Shown: positions 1 through 13,343 of the stretch, piece by piece
Layout of the letters: each line of letters starts with the position of its first letter
How positions within the stretch are numbered: the first letter of the stretch is position 1
From: Eledone cirrhosa
Taxonomy: Eukaryota
NCBI GenBank assembly: GCA_964016885.1
Contig: OZ024754.1
Coordinates: 21,266,001 to 21,330,000 of the forward strand
DNA: 64,000 bases
Direction: 5' to 3'
Notes under the pieces: model-generated
Databases searched by the model: none
Told to the model about the DNA's origin: nothing
The model's input: only the letters and a program-made list of their open reading frames with translations
Made by a program: the position numbers and the translations under genes

Positions 1-3000
1 CCAGGTACACATTGTAGAGCTAATCTAGGGTGCTGAATACCCAGGTACACATTGTAGAGCTAATCTAGGGTGTTAAATACCCAGCTACACATTGTAGAGC
101 TAACTTAGTGTGTTAAATACCCAGGTACACATTGTAGAGCTAACCTAGGGTGTTAAATACCCAGGTACACATTATAGAGCTAATCTAGGGTGTTAAATAC
201 CCAGGTACACATTGTAGAGCTAACCTAGGGTGTTAAATACCCAGGTACACATTGTAGAGCTAACCTAGGGTGTTAAATACCTATGTAAACATTGTAGAGC
301 TAACCTAGGTTGCTGAATACCCAGATAAACATTCTAGAGCTAATCTAGGGTGCTAAATACCCAGGTACACATTGTAGAGCAAACCTAGGGTTTTAAATAC
401 CCAGGTACACATTGCAGAGCTAATCTAGGGTGCTGAATACCCAGATAAACATTGTAGAGCTAATCTAGGGTGCTAAATACCCAGGTACACATTGTAGGGC
501 TAACCTAGTGTGTTAAATACCCAGGTAAACATTCTAGAGTTAACCTAGTGTGCTAAATACCCAGGTAAACATTCTAGAGCTAACCTAGTGTGCTAAATAC
601 GCAGGTAAACATTCTAGAGCTAACCTAGTGTGCTAAATACCCAGGTAAACATTGTAGAGCTAGCCTAGTGTGCTAATTACCCAGGTAAACATTCTAGTAT
701 TAACCTAGTGTGCTAAATACCCAGGTAAACATTCTAGAGTTAACCTAGTGTGCTAAATACCCAGGTAAACATTCTAGTGTTAACCTAGTGTGCTAAATAC
801 CCAGGTAAACATTCTAGAGTTAACCTAGTGTGCTAAATACCCAGGTAAACATTCTAGAGCTAACCTAGTGTGCTGAATACCCAGGTAAACATTCTAGAGC
901 TAACCTAGTGTGCTAAATACCCAGGTAAACATTCTAGAGGTAACCTAGTGTGCTAAATACCCAGGTAAACATTCTAGAGCTAACCTGGTGTGCTAAATAC
1001 CCAGGTAAACATTCTAGAGCTAACCTAGTGTGCTAAATACCCAGGTAAACATTCTAGAGCTAACCTAGTGTGCTAAATACCCAGGTAAACATTCTAGAGC
1101 TAACCTAGTGTGCTAAATACCTACGTACACATTTTTGAGCGAATCTAGTGTGCCTAATACACGGATATATATTGTAGACCTAATCTAGGGTCCTAAATAA
1201 CCATGTACAAATTGTAGAGCCAAACTAGGGTGCAAATACCCAGGTACACATTTAAGAGCTAACCTAGGGTGCTAAATACCTAGGTACACATTGTGGAGCT
1301 AACTTAGGGTGCTAAATGCACAAGTGTACATTGTAGAGCTAACCTAGTGTGCTGAATACCTAGGTACACATAGTAGAGCTAATCTAATGTCCTAAATACG
1401 CAGGTACACATTGTAGAGCTAATCTAGGGTGCTGAATACCCAGGTACACATTGTAGAGCTAATCTAGGGTGTAAAATACACAGGTACACATTGTAGAGCC
1501 CATCTAGGGTGATGAATACCCAGATAAACATTGGCTTGCTAATCTAGGGTGCTAAATACCCAGGTACACATTGTAGAGCTAACCTAGGGTGTTAAATACC
1601 CAGGTAAACATTGTAGAGCTAATCTAGAGTGTTAAATACCCAGGTACACATTGTAGAGCTCACGTAGTGTGCTAAATACCCAGGTGAACATTCTAGAGCT
1701 AGCCTAGTGTGCTAAATACGCAGGTAAACATTCTAGAGCTAACCTAGTGTGCTAAATACCCAGGTAAACATTCTAGAGCTAGCCTAGTGTGCTAAATACC
1801 CAGGTAAACATTCTAGAGCTAACCCAGTGTGCTAAATACCCAGGTAAACATTCTAGAGCTAACCCAGTGTGCTCAATACCCAGGTAAACATTCTAGAGCT
1901 AACCCAGTGTGCTAAATACCCAGGTAAACATTCTAGAGCTAATCTAGTGTGCTAAATACGCAGGTCAACATTCTAGAGCTAGCCTAGTGTGCTAAATACC
2001 CAGATATACATTCTAGAGCTAACCTAGTGTGCTAAATACCCAGGTAAACATTTTAGTGTTAACCTAGTGTGCTAAATACCCAGGTATACATTCTAGAGTT
2101 AACCTAGTGTGCTAAATACCCAGGTACACATTGTAGAGCTAACCTAGGGTGTTAAATACCCAGGTACACATTGTAGAGCTAACCAAGGGTGCTAAATACC
2201 CAGGTACACATTGTAGAGCTAATCTAGGGTGCTGAATACCCAGGTACACATTGTAGAGCTAATCTAGGGTGTTAAATACCCAGGTACATATTGTAGAGCT
2301 AACTTAGTGTGTTGAATACCCAGGTACACATTGTAGAGCTAATCTAGCGTGCTAAATACCCAGGTACACATTGTAGAGCTAATCTAGGGTGCTAAATACT
2401 CAGGTAAACATTCTAGAGCTAACCTAGTGTGCTAATTACCCAGGTAAACATTCTGGAGTTAACCTAGTGTGCTAAATACCTAGGTAAACATTTTAGTGAT
2501 AACCTAGTGTGCTAAATACCCAGGTAAACATTCTAGAGCTAGCTTAGTGTGCTAATTACACAGGTAAACATTCTAAAGTTAACCTAGTGTGCTAAATGTC
2601 CAGGTAAACATTGTAGAGCTAGCCTAGTGTGCTAATTACCCAGGTAAACATTCTAGAGTTAACCTGGTGTGCTAAATACCCAGGTAAACATTCTAGTGTT
2701 AACCTAGTGTGCTAAATACACAGGTAAACATTCTAGTGTTAACCTAGTGTGCTAAATACCCAGGTAAACATTCTAGAGCTAATCTAGTGTGCTAAATACC
2801 CAGGTAAACATTCTAGAGCTAACCTAGTGTGCTAAATACCCAGGTAAACATTCTAGAGCTAACCTAGTGTGCTAAATACCCAGATACACATTGTTGAGCG
2901 AATCTAGTGTGCCTAATACACAGATAAATATTGTAGACCTAATCTAGGGTCCTAAATAACCATGTACAAATTGTAGAGCTAACCTAGGGTGCAAATACCC

Positions 3001-6000
3001 AGGTACACATTTTAGAGCTAACCTAGGGTGTTAAATACCTAGGTACACATTGTGGAGCTAACTTAGGGTGCTAAATACCCAAGTGTACATTGTAGAGCTA
3101 ACCTAGTGTGCTGAATACCTAGGTACAAATAGTAGAGCTAATCTAATGTCCTAAATACCCAGGTACACATTGTAGAGATAATCTAGGGTGCTGAATACCC
3201 AGGTACACATTGTAGAGCTAACCTAGGGTGTAAAATACACAGGTACACATTGTAGAGCCCATCTAGGGTGCTGAATACCCAGATAAACATTGTTTTGCTA
3301 AGCTACGGTGCTAAATACCCAGGTACACATTGTAGAGCTAACCTAGGGTGTTAAATACCCAGGTAAACATTGTAGAGCTAATGTAGAGTGTTAAATACCC
3401 AGGTACACATTGTAGAGCTCACGTAGTGTGCTAAATACCCAGGTAAACATTCTAGAGCTAGCCTAGTGTGCTAAATACCCAGGTAAACATTCTAGAGCTA
3501 ACCCAGTGTGCTAAATGCCTAGGTAAACATTCTAGAACTAACCCAGTGTGCTAAATACCCAGGTTAACATTCTAGAGCTAACCTAGTGTGCTAAATACGC
3601 AGATCAACATTCTAGAGCTAGCCTAGTGTGCTAAATACCCAGATAAACATTCTAGAGCTAGCCTAGTGTGCTAAATACCCAGGTAAACATTCTAGAGCTA
3701 GCCTAGTGTGCTAAATACCCAGGTAAACATTCTAGAGCTAACCCAGTGTGCTAAATGCCCAGGTAAACATTCTAGAGCTAACCCAGTGTGCTAAATACCC
3801 AGGTAAACATTCTAGAGCTAACCCAGTGTGCTAAATACCTAGGTAAACATTCTAGAGCTAATCTAGTGTGCTAAATACGCAGATCAACATTCTAGAGCTA
3901 GCCTAGTGTGCTAAATACCCAGATAAACATTCTAGAGCTAACCTAGTGTGCTAAATACCCAGGTAAACATTTTAGTGTTAACCTAGTGTGCTAAATACCC
4001 AGGTATACATTCTGGAGTTAACCTAGTGTGCTAAATACCCAGATAAACATTTTAGTATTAACCTAGTGTGCTAAATAACCAGGTAAACATTTTAGTATTA
4101 ACCTAGTGTGCTAAATAACCAGGTAAACATTCTAGAGTTAACCTAGTGTGCTAAATACCTAGGTACACATTGTTGAGCAAATCTAGTGTGCTTAATACAC
4201 AGATATATATTGTAGAGCTAATCTAGGGTCCTAAATAACCATGTACACATTGTAGAGCTAACCTAGGGTGTTAAATACCTAGGTACACATTGTAGAGCTA
4301 ACCTAGGGTGCTAAATACACAAGTATACATTGTAGAGCTAACCTAGTGTGCTGAATACCTAGGTACACATTGTAGAGCTAACCTAGGGTGCAAATACCCA
4401 GGTACACATTGTAGAGCTAACCTAGTGTGCTAAATACCCAGGTACACATTGTAGAGCTAACCTAGGGTGCAAATAGCCAGGTACACATTGTAGAGCTAAC
4501 CTAAGGTGTTAAATACCTAGGTACACATTGTAGAGCTAATCTAGGGTGCTTAATACCCAGATAAAAATTGTAGAGCTAATCTAGGGTGTTAAATACCCAG
4601 ATACACATTGTAGAGCTAACCTAGGGTGTTAAATACCCAGGTAAATATTGTAGAGCTAACCTAGGGTGTTAAATACCCAAGTACACATTCTAGAGCTAAT
4701 CTAGGGTGTTAAATACCCAGGTAAACATTGTAGAGCTAACCTAGGGTGTTAAATACCCAGGTACACATTGTAGAGCTAACCTAGGGTGTTAAATACCTAT
4801 GTAAACATTGTAGAGCTAACCTAGGTTGCTGAATACCCAGATAAACATTCTAGAGCTAATCTAGGGTGCTAAATACCCAGGTACACATTGTAGAGCAAAC
4901 CTAGGGTTTTAAATACCCAGGTACACATTGTAGAGCTAATCTAGGGTGCTGAATACCCAGATAAACATTGTAGAGCTAATCTAGGGTGCTAAATACCCAG
5001 GTACACATTGTAGGGCTAACCTAGTGTGTTAAATACCCAGGTAAACATTCTAGAGTTAACCTAGTGTGCTAAATACCCAGGTAAACATTCTAGAGCTAAC
5101 CTAGTGTGCTAAATACGCAGGTAAACATTCTAGAGTTAACCTAGTGTGCTAAATACCCAGGTAAACATTTTAGAGCTAACCTACTGTGCTAAATACCCAG
5201 GTAAACATTTTAGTATTAACCTAGTGTGCTAAATACCCAGGTAAACATTCTGGAGCTAACCTAGTGTGCTGAATACCCAGATAAACATTCTAGAGCTAAC
5301 CTAGTGTGCTAAATACCCAGATAAGCATTCTAGAGCTAGCCTAGTGTGCTAAATACCCAGATAAACATTCTAGAGCTAACCTAGTGTGCTAAATATCCAG
5401 ATAAACATTTTAGTGTTAACCTAGTGGGCTAAATACCCAGGCAAACATTCTAGAGCTAACCTAGTGTGCTAAATACCCAGGCAAACATTCTAGAGCTAAC
5501 CTAGTGTGCTAAATACCCAGGCAAACATTCTAGAGCTAACCTAGTGTGCTAAATACCCTGGTAAACATTCTAGAGCTAACCTAGTGTGCTAAATACCTAG
5601 GTACACATTGTTGAGCGAATCTAGTGTGCCTAATACACAGATATATATTGTAGAGCTAATCTAGGGTCCTAAATAACCATGTTCAAATTGTAGAGATAAC
5701 CTAGGGTGCAAATACCCAGGTACACATTTTAGCGCTAACCTAGGGTGTTAAATACCTAGGTACACATTGTAGAGCTAACCTAGTGTGCTGAATATCCAGG
5801 TACACATTGTAGAGCTAATATAATGTCCTAAACACCCAGATACACATTGTAGAGCTAATCTAGGGTGTTAAATACCCAGGTAAAGATAGTAGAGCTAACC
5901 TCGGGTGTTAAATACCCAGGTACACATTATAGAGCTAACCTAGTGTGCTAAATACCTAGGTACACATTGTAGAGCTAATCTAGGGTGCTGAATACCCAGA

Positions 6001-6160
6001 TAAACATTGTAGAGCTAATCTAGGGTCTTAAATACCTAGGTACACATTGTAGAGCTAGCCTAGGGTGTTAAATACCCAGGTACACATTGTAGAGCTAACC
6101 TAGGGCGCTAAAAACCCAAGTATACATTGTAGAGCTAAACTAGGGCGTTAAATACCAATG
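1..6160 (+). repeat. 40-bp tandem satellite, consensus CCAGGTA(C/A)ACATT(G/C)TAGAGCTAACCTAG(G/T)GTGCTAAATAC, about 150 monomers, runs off the window start
   Basis: Direct 40-bp periodicity; two monomer subtypes in blocks; diagnostic variant blocks recur (about 1121, 2881, 4161, 5601; 281 and 4797). Confidence 0.97.
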
Positions 6161-6192
6161 TTTCAGCCCTCGTCTCATTCTATCCATTCCTT

Positions 6193-7937
6193 ACTGGGTA
6201 TTTGGCACACTAGGTTCGCTCTACAACGTGTACCTAGGTATTTAGCGCACTAGGTTAGCTCTACAATGTGTACCTGGATATTTAGCACACTAGGTAAGCT
6301 CTACAATATGTACCGGGGTATTTAGTAACATAGGTTAACTCTGCAATGTGTATCTGATTATTTAGCAACCTAGATTAGCGCTATAATATGTATCTGTGTA
6401 TTAAGCACACTGGCTTCGCTCTACAATGTGTACCTAGGTATTGATCACCCTAGTTTAGCTCTACAATGTTTATGTGGGTATTTGGCACCCTAGGTTAGCT
6501 CTACAATTTCTACCTGGGTATTTAGCGCCCTATGTTAGCTCTACAATGTGTACCTGGGTATTTAGCAGCCTAAGATAGCTCTACAATATGTACCTGGGTA
6601 TTTAGTACAGTAGGTAGCTCAACAAGGTTTACCTGGGTACTCAGCACACTAGGTTAGCTCTACAATATGTACCTGGGTATTTGGCACCCTAGGTTATCTC
6701 TTCAATGAGTACCTGGGTATTTAGCCCCCTAGGTTAGCTCTACAATGTGTACCTGGGTATTTAGCACACTAAGTTAGCTCTACAATGTGTACGTGGGTAT
6801 TTAGCACACTAGGTTAGCTCTACACTGTGTACCTGGGTATTCAGCAACATAGGTTAGTTCTACAATGTGTACCTGGGTATTTAGCGCACTAGGTTCGCTC
6901 AACAATGTTTACTTGGGTATTTAGCACACTAGCTTCCCTGAACAATGTGTACCTAGGTATTTAACACCCTAGGTAAGCTCTACAATGAGTACCTGCGTAC
7001 TTAGCACATTAGATTAGCTCTACAATGTGTACCAGGGTATTTAGCACACTAGGGTAGCTCTACAATTTGTACCTTGGTATTTAGCACAGTAGGTTAGCTC
7101 TACAATAGGTACCTGGTTATTTAGTACCCTAGGTTAGCTCTACTATGTTTACCTGGCTATTTAGCAACATAGGTTAGCTCTACTATGTTTACCTGGTTAT
7201 TTAGCGCACTAGGTTCGCTCAACAATGTGTACCTGGGTATTTAGCAGCCTCGATTAGCTCTACAATATGCATCTTGGTATTTAGCACCCTAGGTTAGATC
7301 AACAATGTGTACCTGGGTATTTAGCAGCCTAAGTTAGCTCTATAATGTGTACCTGAGTATTTAGTACAGTAGGTTAGCTCAACAATGTTTATCTGGGTAC
7401 TTAGCACACTGTGTTAGCTCAAGAATGTGCACGTAGGTATTTAGCACCCTAGGTTAGCTCTTCAATGTGTACCTGGGTATTTAGCACCCTAGGTTAGCTC
7501 TAGAATGTGCACCTGGTTATTTAGCACCCTAGATTAGCTCTACAATATGCATCTTGGTATTTAGCACCCTAGGTTATCTCTACAGTGTGTAACTGAGTAT
7601 TGAGCATCCTAGGTTACCTCTACAATGTGTACATGTGTATTTAGCTGCCTAAGTTAGCTCTACAATGTGTACCTGGGTATTTAGCACACTAGCTTCCCTC
7701 AACAATATGTACCTAGATATTTAGTACCCTAGGTTATTACTACAATATGTACCTCGGTATTTAGCACCCTAGGTTAGCTCTACAATAGCTATCTTGGTAT
7801 TTAGCACACTGGGGTAGCTCTACAATGTGTTCCTGGGTATTTAGCACAGTAAGTTAGCTCTACAATGTGTACCTGGGTATTTAACACCCTAGGTTAACTC
7901 TACAATGTTTATTTGGGTATTTAGCACCCTAGGTTAG
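6193..7937 (-). repeat. Same 40-bp satellite in inverted orientation, more diverged
   Basis: Monomer GTATTTAGCACCCTAGGTTAGCTCTACAATGTGTACCTGG is the reverse complement of the left array; it ends at a (GAA)n run. Confidence 0.95.
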
Positions 7938-8125
7938 AAGAAGAAGAAGAAGAAGAAGAACTGTGAACCGGTTAGGGTTCAGTAATGTTGTGGTCTGTGC
8001 CCAGGTGACTGTCTAATTGACCTTAATGATAGTTCCAGGCTTAGGTGAGAATGACAAATGGGGGAGAGAGAAAGTGAGAGGAGAATGAGTGATAGAAGGG
8101 GAGAGAGAGAGATAGACAGAGAGAG

Positions 8126-8175
<50 letters not shown>

Positions 8176-8550
8176 GCATGTTAACATGAGGAGAAGTGTA
8201 AAAGAGCAACGAGTAAGAGATAGAGGGATGGTGATGGTGGCTGTAGCGGTAGTGGCGATGGTAGTGCCAGCGCTAGTTGTGGTTGTGGTGAGAGTAGTGG
8301 TGGCAGTGGATTGAGGAGGTGGTGGTGGTGGTGGTGGTTGTGGTGGTGGTGGTGATGGTGGTGGTGAGGGAGTGGTGGACGTGGAGGTGGGGGTGATGGT
8401 GGTGTTGAGGGAGTGGTGGAGGTGGTGGTGATGGTGGTGTTGAGGGAGTGGTGGAGGTGGTGGTGATGGTGGTGTTGAGGGAGTGGTGGAGGCGGTGGTG
8501 ATGGTGGTGTTGAGGGAGTGGTGGAGGTGGTGGTGAGGTGATGGAGGTGG
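7938..8550. repeat. (GAA)n, (GA)n and (GGT)n microsatellite / low-complexity tract
   Basis: Seen directly; explains the SL-rich and P/H/T-rich ORFs. Confidence 0.9.
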
Positions 8551-8615
8551 AAAAAATAAGGAAATACAGGAAATAAAGAGGAAAATTAAGGAGAAACTAA
8601 ACAAGAAGGAATGGC

Positions 8616-8652
<37 letters not shown>

Positions 8653-8750
8653 TTGTTTTGCAATGTTTTTGATATGAAACCATGTGTTGAAACAAATATT
8701 GTTATATTTGGAGAGGGTCATATTGTTATAATATTGCCAGAAATAATAAT

Positions 8751-8934
8751 TGTTTCTACATTTGGTACAAGGCCAGCAATTACCAGTACATTACTGGTAC
8801 TTTATTTTATCGACCCCGTAAGGATGAAAGGCAAAGTTAACCTCGACGGGATTTGAACTCAGACCGTAAAGGGACATAACTATGCTGGAAAGCATGGCCT
8901 CCGACCCTCTACCGATACTGCCAATCCACCGCCC
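8751..8934 (-). mobile_element. tRNA-derived SINE with 17-bp TSD
   Basis: Minus strand begins GGGCGGTGGATTGGCAGTATCGG (A-box-like) and contains GTTCAAATCC (B-box). TSD TTGCCAGAAATAATAAT at 8734-8750 and 8937-8953. Further copies at about 12473-12645(+), 16390-16576(-), 20403-20585(-), and partial at 34195-34293(+) and 35640-35762(+). Confidence 0.9.
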
Positions 8935-9089
8935 TTTTGCCAGAAATAATAATAAAACACACTCACTGTTTGGTTTAGATTGGTTTTCGCCTCTGTATCT
9001 TTTATATCTCCATAGTTAATTTATTTGGCAATCAATGTTTATCAATGATTGACCAACGGTTAAAAATACAGATATAAATATATATATAT

Positions 9090-10770
9090 AGTCTATCAAA
9101 GTTCTTTCGTCACACACCTGTGACATCATCAGTGGTAATATTATGTTTCCTCCCCTTGTATTGTAATATCTACGCCATTTTTATTTTATTTATTTATTTA
9201 TTCTTGTCTCTGTCTCCCCATGCATTTGTGTGTGTGTTTTCTGTTTGGTGTGTGTTTTCGTGTTTGAGTCTATGTGTGTTTGTATTCTATCTTTGTTCAC
9301 TAGTGTGTATTTGTTGTTATTGTACTTGTGTATATTTATTTATTTATTTATATTTACCTTAGGTCAGTATTGTGTGTTTGGGTATGGTTGTTGTTGTTAT
9401 TCCATTCATATTTTCTGTTCAACTTTGGTTTTCTTAGTTCTATTTCAGTTGCTTCTCTGATTTGTCTACATGTTGAGTTATTTCTATGTTTAGATATTAT
9501 TTTAATTTCTATCTTGTCTATATTACCATCATGTCTTTGTCTGGCGTGTTCATATAGTGCCGAACCGTCTTTTTGTCCTTTTAGTTCCCCCCAGTGTTGG
9601 TCTAGTCTCTTTCCTATGCTTCGAGCTGTTTCACCTATGTATTTTGTTGTCATGTTTCTGCAAGTACCCTCTGTACATCTTATGCTATAGACTACATTTC
9701 TAGTTTTACAATTTATTTCAGAATTTCTTCTACATATAACACATTTCTTATTCGTACAGTGGGTTTTCTAAAAGGGGTATTGTAGCCGGAGGCATTCAGA
9801 CTTACCTTGCGTCTTCGAATCACTTTGGCCAGAGTCGTTCCACTCTCCACGTGGGGTACATCCAAATATGTCTGCTTTCACACAACACTAGCAATCTCCC
9901 TTCCATGGCAGCTCCACAGATATGTTTTGCTGATCAGGGATTTTATGGTAGTTCCTGGCTTTTCTATTACCACTTTAATCTTTAGATGGTCTTTCTCAGG
10001 GCCTTTCTACATTGGTTAGCTAATTTCCCTCCAGGGGTAGCATCCACGAACATGACACTCTGGTATCTCTGATTGTCATACCATGAAGTGGTTTTCCCTA
10101 TCTTATGTCTAGCCCTATCTAAGCTATTTCATGATTTGCTCCTGTATAATGGGCAAATTCCTTTCATGTCCAGTTCTATGAGGGTCTTATACTTCTCCGT
10201 GGCTGCTTCGTATACTCTGATTCTGTCTATTTGGTTGTAGCCAGTGAACTGCATGCGGTTGATGAAGTGTTGGATGTGTCTTTCCATTTCAGTTGGGTCG
10301 CACATGCGAGACACATTCTTCATCACTCGTACCAAGTCTGCCATCAGAATATTAAACTTAGCACTATTGGACATTGTTGAGTTTTTGAGTATCAGGTATT
10401 GGAGGCCATGGGTTTAGCATAGTGTGAGTGGAGGATTTCGGCCCTCTCGTTTATAGTGTTTAACCAGAGTTCCATGTCTAATACTAGAAGAGAACTCTGT
10501 AGCCTTCGTCATGTACTCCTGTTACATAGACAATATCAATATAGTAATAAGAATACCCTCACAAGAGAGTGCCAATAAACCTGAACTAGAATATAGCACA
10601 ATGGAAAGCATCCAGCAGATAGCTAACTCCATGCACCAGAGTATAACAATAACCATTGACTACCCTTCCAAACACCCTAACAATAGACTACCTGTATTAG
10701 ACACGGAACTCTGGTTAAACACTATAGACGAGAGGGCCCAAATTCTCCACTCACATGCTAAACCTCCAAA
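9090..10770 (-). mobile_element. Degenerate Penelope-like retroelement (RT C-terminus/linker + GIY-YIG endonuclease) with inverted 5' RT segment
   Basis: Minus strand: NCKTRNVVYSIRC..C..TKYIGETARSIGKRLDQH...SALYEH...IREATEI..KPKLNR (GIY-YIG) and linker SNSAKFNIL...RMQFTGY. Plus strand 10511-10765: YIDN...IDYPSKHPNNRLPVLDTELW (RT motifs 5-7). Confidence 0.88.
9095..9138 (-). ncRNA. Minimal type I hammerhead ribozyme motif in the PLE 3' region
   Basis: Minus strand TACCA-CTGATGA-T-GTCAC-AGGTGT-GTGAC-GAAA-GAACTT-TGATA: intact CUGAUGA/GAAA core, 5-bp stem II, near-palindromic stem III, stem I with one mismatch. Confidence 0.7.
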
Positions 10771-12434
10771 TAGAGAGAGAGAGGGGGGGAATATGGAGAG
10801 AGATAGGAAGAGGGGAGAGGTGTAGAAGAAAGAGAGAGTGAGAGAGATATGGTGGTGAAGGGGGCTTTAAATTCGTTACTTTATCTAGAAAATATATATT
10901 GTAAGGGTGCATGTTCCTCCCCACCCCCATCACTGTGACTGCGTCTTCTATTAGATATATGGTTAAGAAACGGTTAAAGTGTTTATACTTATCTAAAAGC
11001 CTTCAATCATAATTTTATGCAAGAACCTTTCTTAAGTTATGTTCCAAACAGCAGCTTAACATGAGAAAGTTAATGTATCATTACTAAATCCTTTGAAATT
11101 TTCCCTTATTTCCACTCATGTCTTGACCAATTCCATGTCTGTCACTGACAACACATTGGGCCTCCTCACTCTCTCAACTGCTATTTTCTTCTGTAAAATT
11201 AGGAGAGAATTCCTATCTGAGGAAGAACTCCTCCCCCGCAGTTTGAGGCTGTAGAGTCACCGGCTGTTCTCTATGGTAATGCCTTTACCGTTTTGTCTGC
11301 AGGGAACAGCTAAAACATACCACATAGACTGGCATGCGAAGTCTACTGACCCCCTCCTCCTCCCACCACCACCACACACACACACAGTGACATGTAAATT
11401 ACCCCCCCCCCCCCCGCACTACACTATCATGTCAAGTCTACTGTCCCCCCCCCCCCCCTTCCCCTACTCTCACTATTTTTTTCTCTTTCTTTTTTTTAAA
11501 TATGCAAACATTGATGAATTGTAAATTTCTTTTGTTTATTTTCAAATATATTATCCTTTCTGAAATATATATATAAAAAATATAACATTTCCAAAATTAT
11601 TTGATAATCATAGGCAGTGTCTTTCATAGGAAATATGGTAATAAATGGGTTAATGCTCAGTTTCAACTGAAAATGTAGATAAAGATTGATATAATTCTGA
11701 AGAAAATATTTTGGAGACCATATTTTATATGTATATATCCCACACTGTAAACGTGGTGTTATGAAGGGCATCCAGCTGTAAAATGCTCGGCCAAATTTAC
11801 AGTCCTTGCCGGAGCAAGGTGCAACATGGCCAACCATGGCCAGACTTGCCTTCTGGCATGGACGACCCATCTAACCCATTAAACAGAAACGATGATGATG
11901 ATGATATCCTAAAACTAATCCAGCAAGGCTTGAGCCAGTACATATCTCTAGTTTTACTAGTGTATTGAGAGTGAGACACGGAATCTATACTAGAGGGTGT
12001 CGGTACATCAAACCAGAGCCAGGGACAAGGCCAAGGCCCAGAGAGCCAAAAAGTGAGGTGCATGAATATCTGATACCCTCCTACAAAGAAAACCTCTCAG
12101 TTCCTTTGAAATTTGAAAGGATTGTTCCCCTTTCTTCATTGGGCTCATCAGTTGTTAGCTGTCAGGACACTGCATCCTTCAAAATGTCCATGCTTCCAGA
12201 AATTTGCCAACACTACACCTGATATTTCCCACCCATATACATGCACAAATGTGTGTTTGTGGTGTGTGTGTCTGTGTATATATCATGACTAAATACACTG
12301 TTCACTTTCCTGACTTTTGTACACTATTCTATGTACTATATATGCACTTTTGATGAGTTGTAGTGCACCTGAGAACTGTACACAATAATGTTCATTATAT
12401 TTTCATTATAAATCACTCTTGTTCATCCTGAATA

Positions 12435-12472
<38 letters not shown>

Positions 12473-12473
<1 letters not shown>

Positions 12474-12645
12474 CAGTATCGGTAGAGGGTCGGACGCCAT
12501 GCTTTGCAGCATAGAGTTACGGCCCTTTATGGTCTGAGTTCAAATCCCGCCGAGGTTAACTTTGCCTTACGGGGTCGATAAAATAAAGTACCAGTAATAC
12601 ACTGGGATAATTGCTGGCCTTGTGCCTAAAGTAGAAACAATTATT
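12473..12645 (+). mobile_element. tRNA-derived SINE copy (same family as 8751-8934)
   Basis: CAGTATCGGTAGAGGGTCGG...GAGTTCAAATCCCG...GGGGTCGATAAAATAAAGTACCAG. Confidence 0.85.
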
Positions 12646-13343
12646 AACACTACTAGCGTTTTAATGCCAATTTCCCTACTAGAGCAAGGGTTAACTTTGT
12701 GAGCCCCATGCCAAGCTTCATACTCATCGTTTGAGGCAATGTTTCACGTTTGTATGCCCTCCCTGGCACCAAAGTTTTTAGTCACCTTTTACAACACATA
12801 GGGATATGGTGTACCTTTTCTAAACCAGATATATACAGCTACAGCTACAGTGTGACAAACACCGTTGCCACTACCACTACCACTACCTTCATCACCACCA
12901 TCACTACTACCACCATCATCACTACTGCCACCACCATCACTACTGCCACCACCTTCACAACCACCACAACCACCATAATCATCGTTGCCACCACCAACAA
13001 CACCAACAACAATCTAGCTGCTGTATGTTATGATTTCCGACTGAATGACTTGACTTAGAGGAGTGACAACACACGAGGAACATATTTGAGATGTTTTAAG
13101 ACATTTTATTTAACTCTGGGCTTATAAGAACCCCTACACACACATACACACAGAGAGATACACACCTGCATACACATACACACACACACAGACACACACA
13201 TGTATACACACACACAAATACACATGACATCGTTGTCACATTGGAAAACTGGAGGAAATATTTTTAAAGACAGTCACATCACATGAATAATGTAAAAAAA
13301 TTATTGTGTGTGTGTGCATGTATTCTAAAGGAATAAAAGAATA

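Noticed and set aside
1-7937. CRISPR-like regular repeat
   Set aside because: Contiguous tandem monomers without unique spacers, no cas genes, eukaryotic context.
7979-9690. SL-, P/H/T- and CV-rich ORFs
   Set aside because: Translations of microsatellites or the antisense strand of the PLE.
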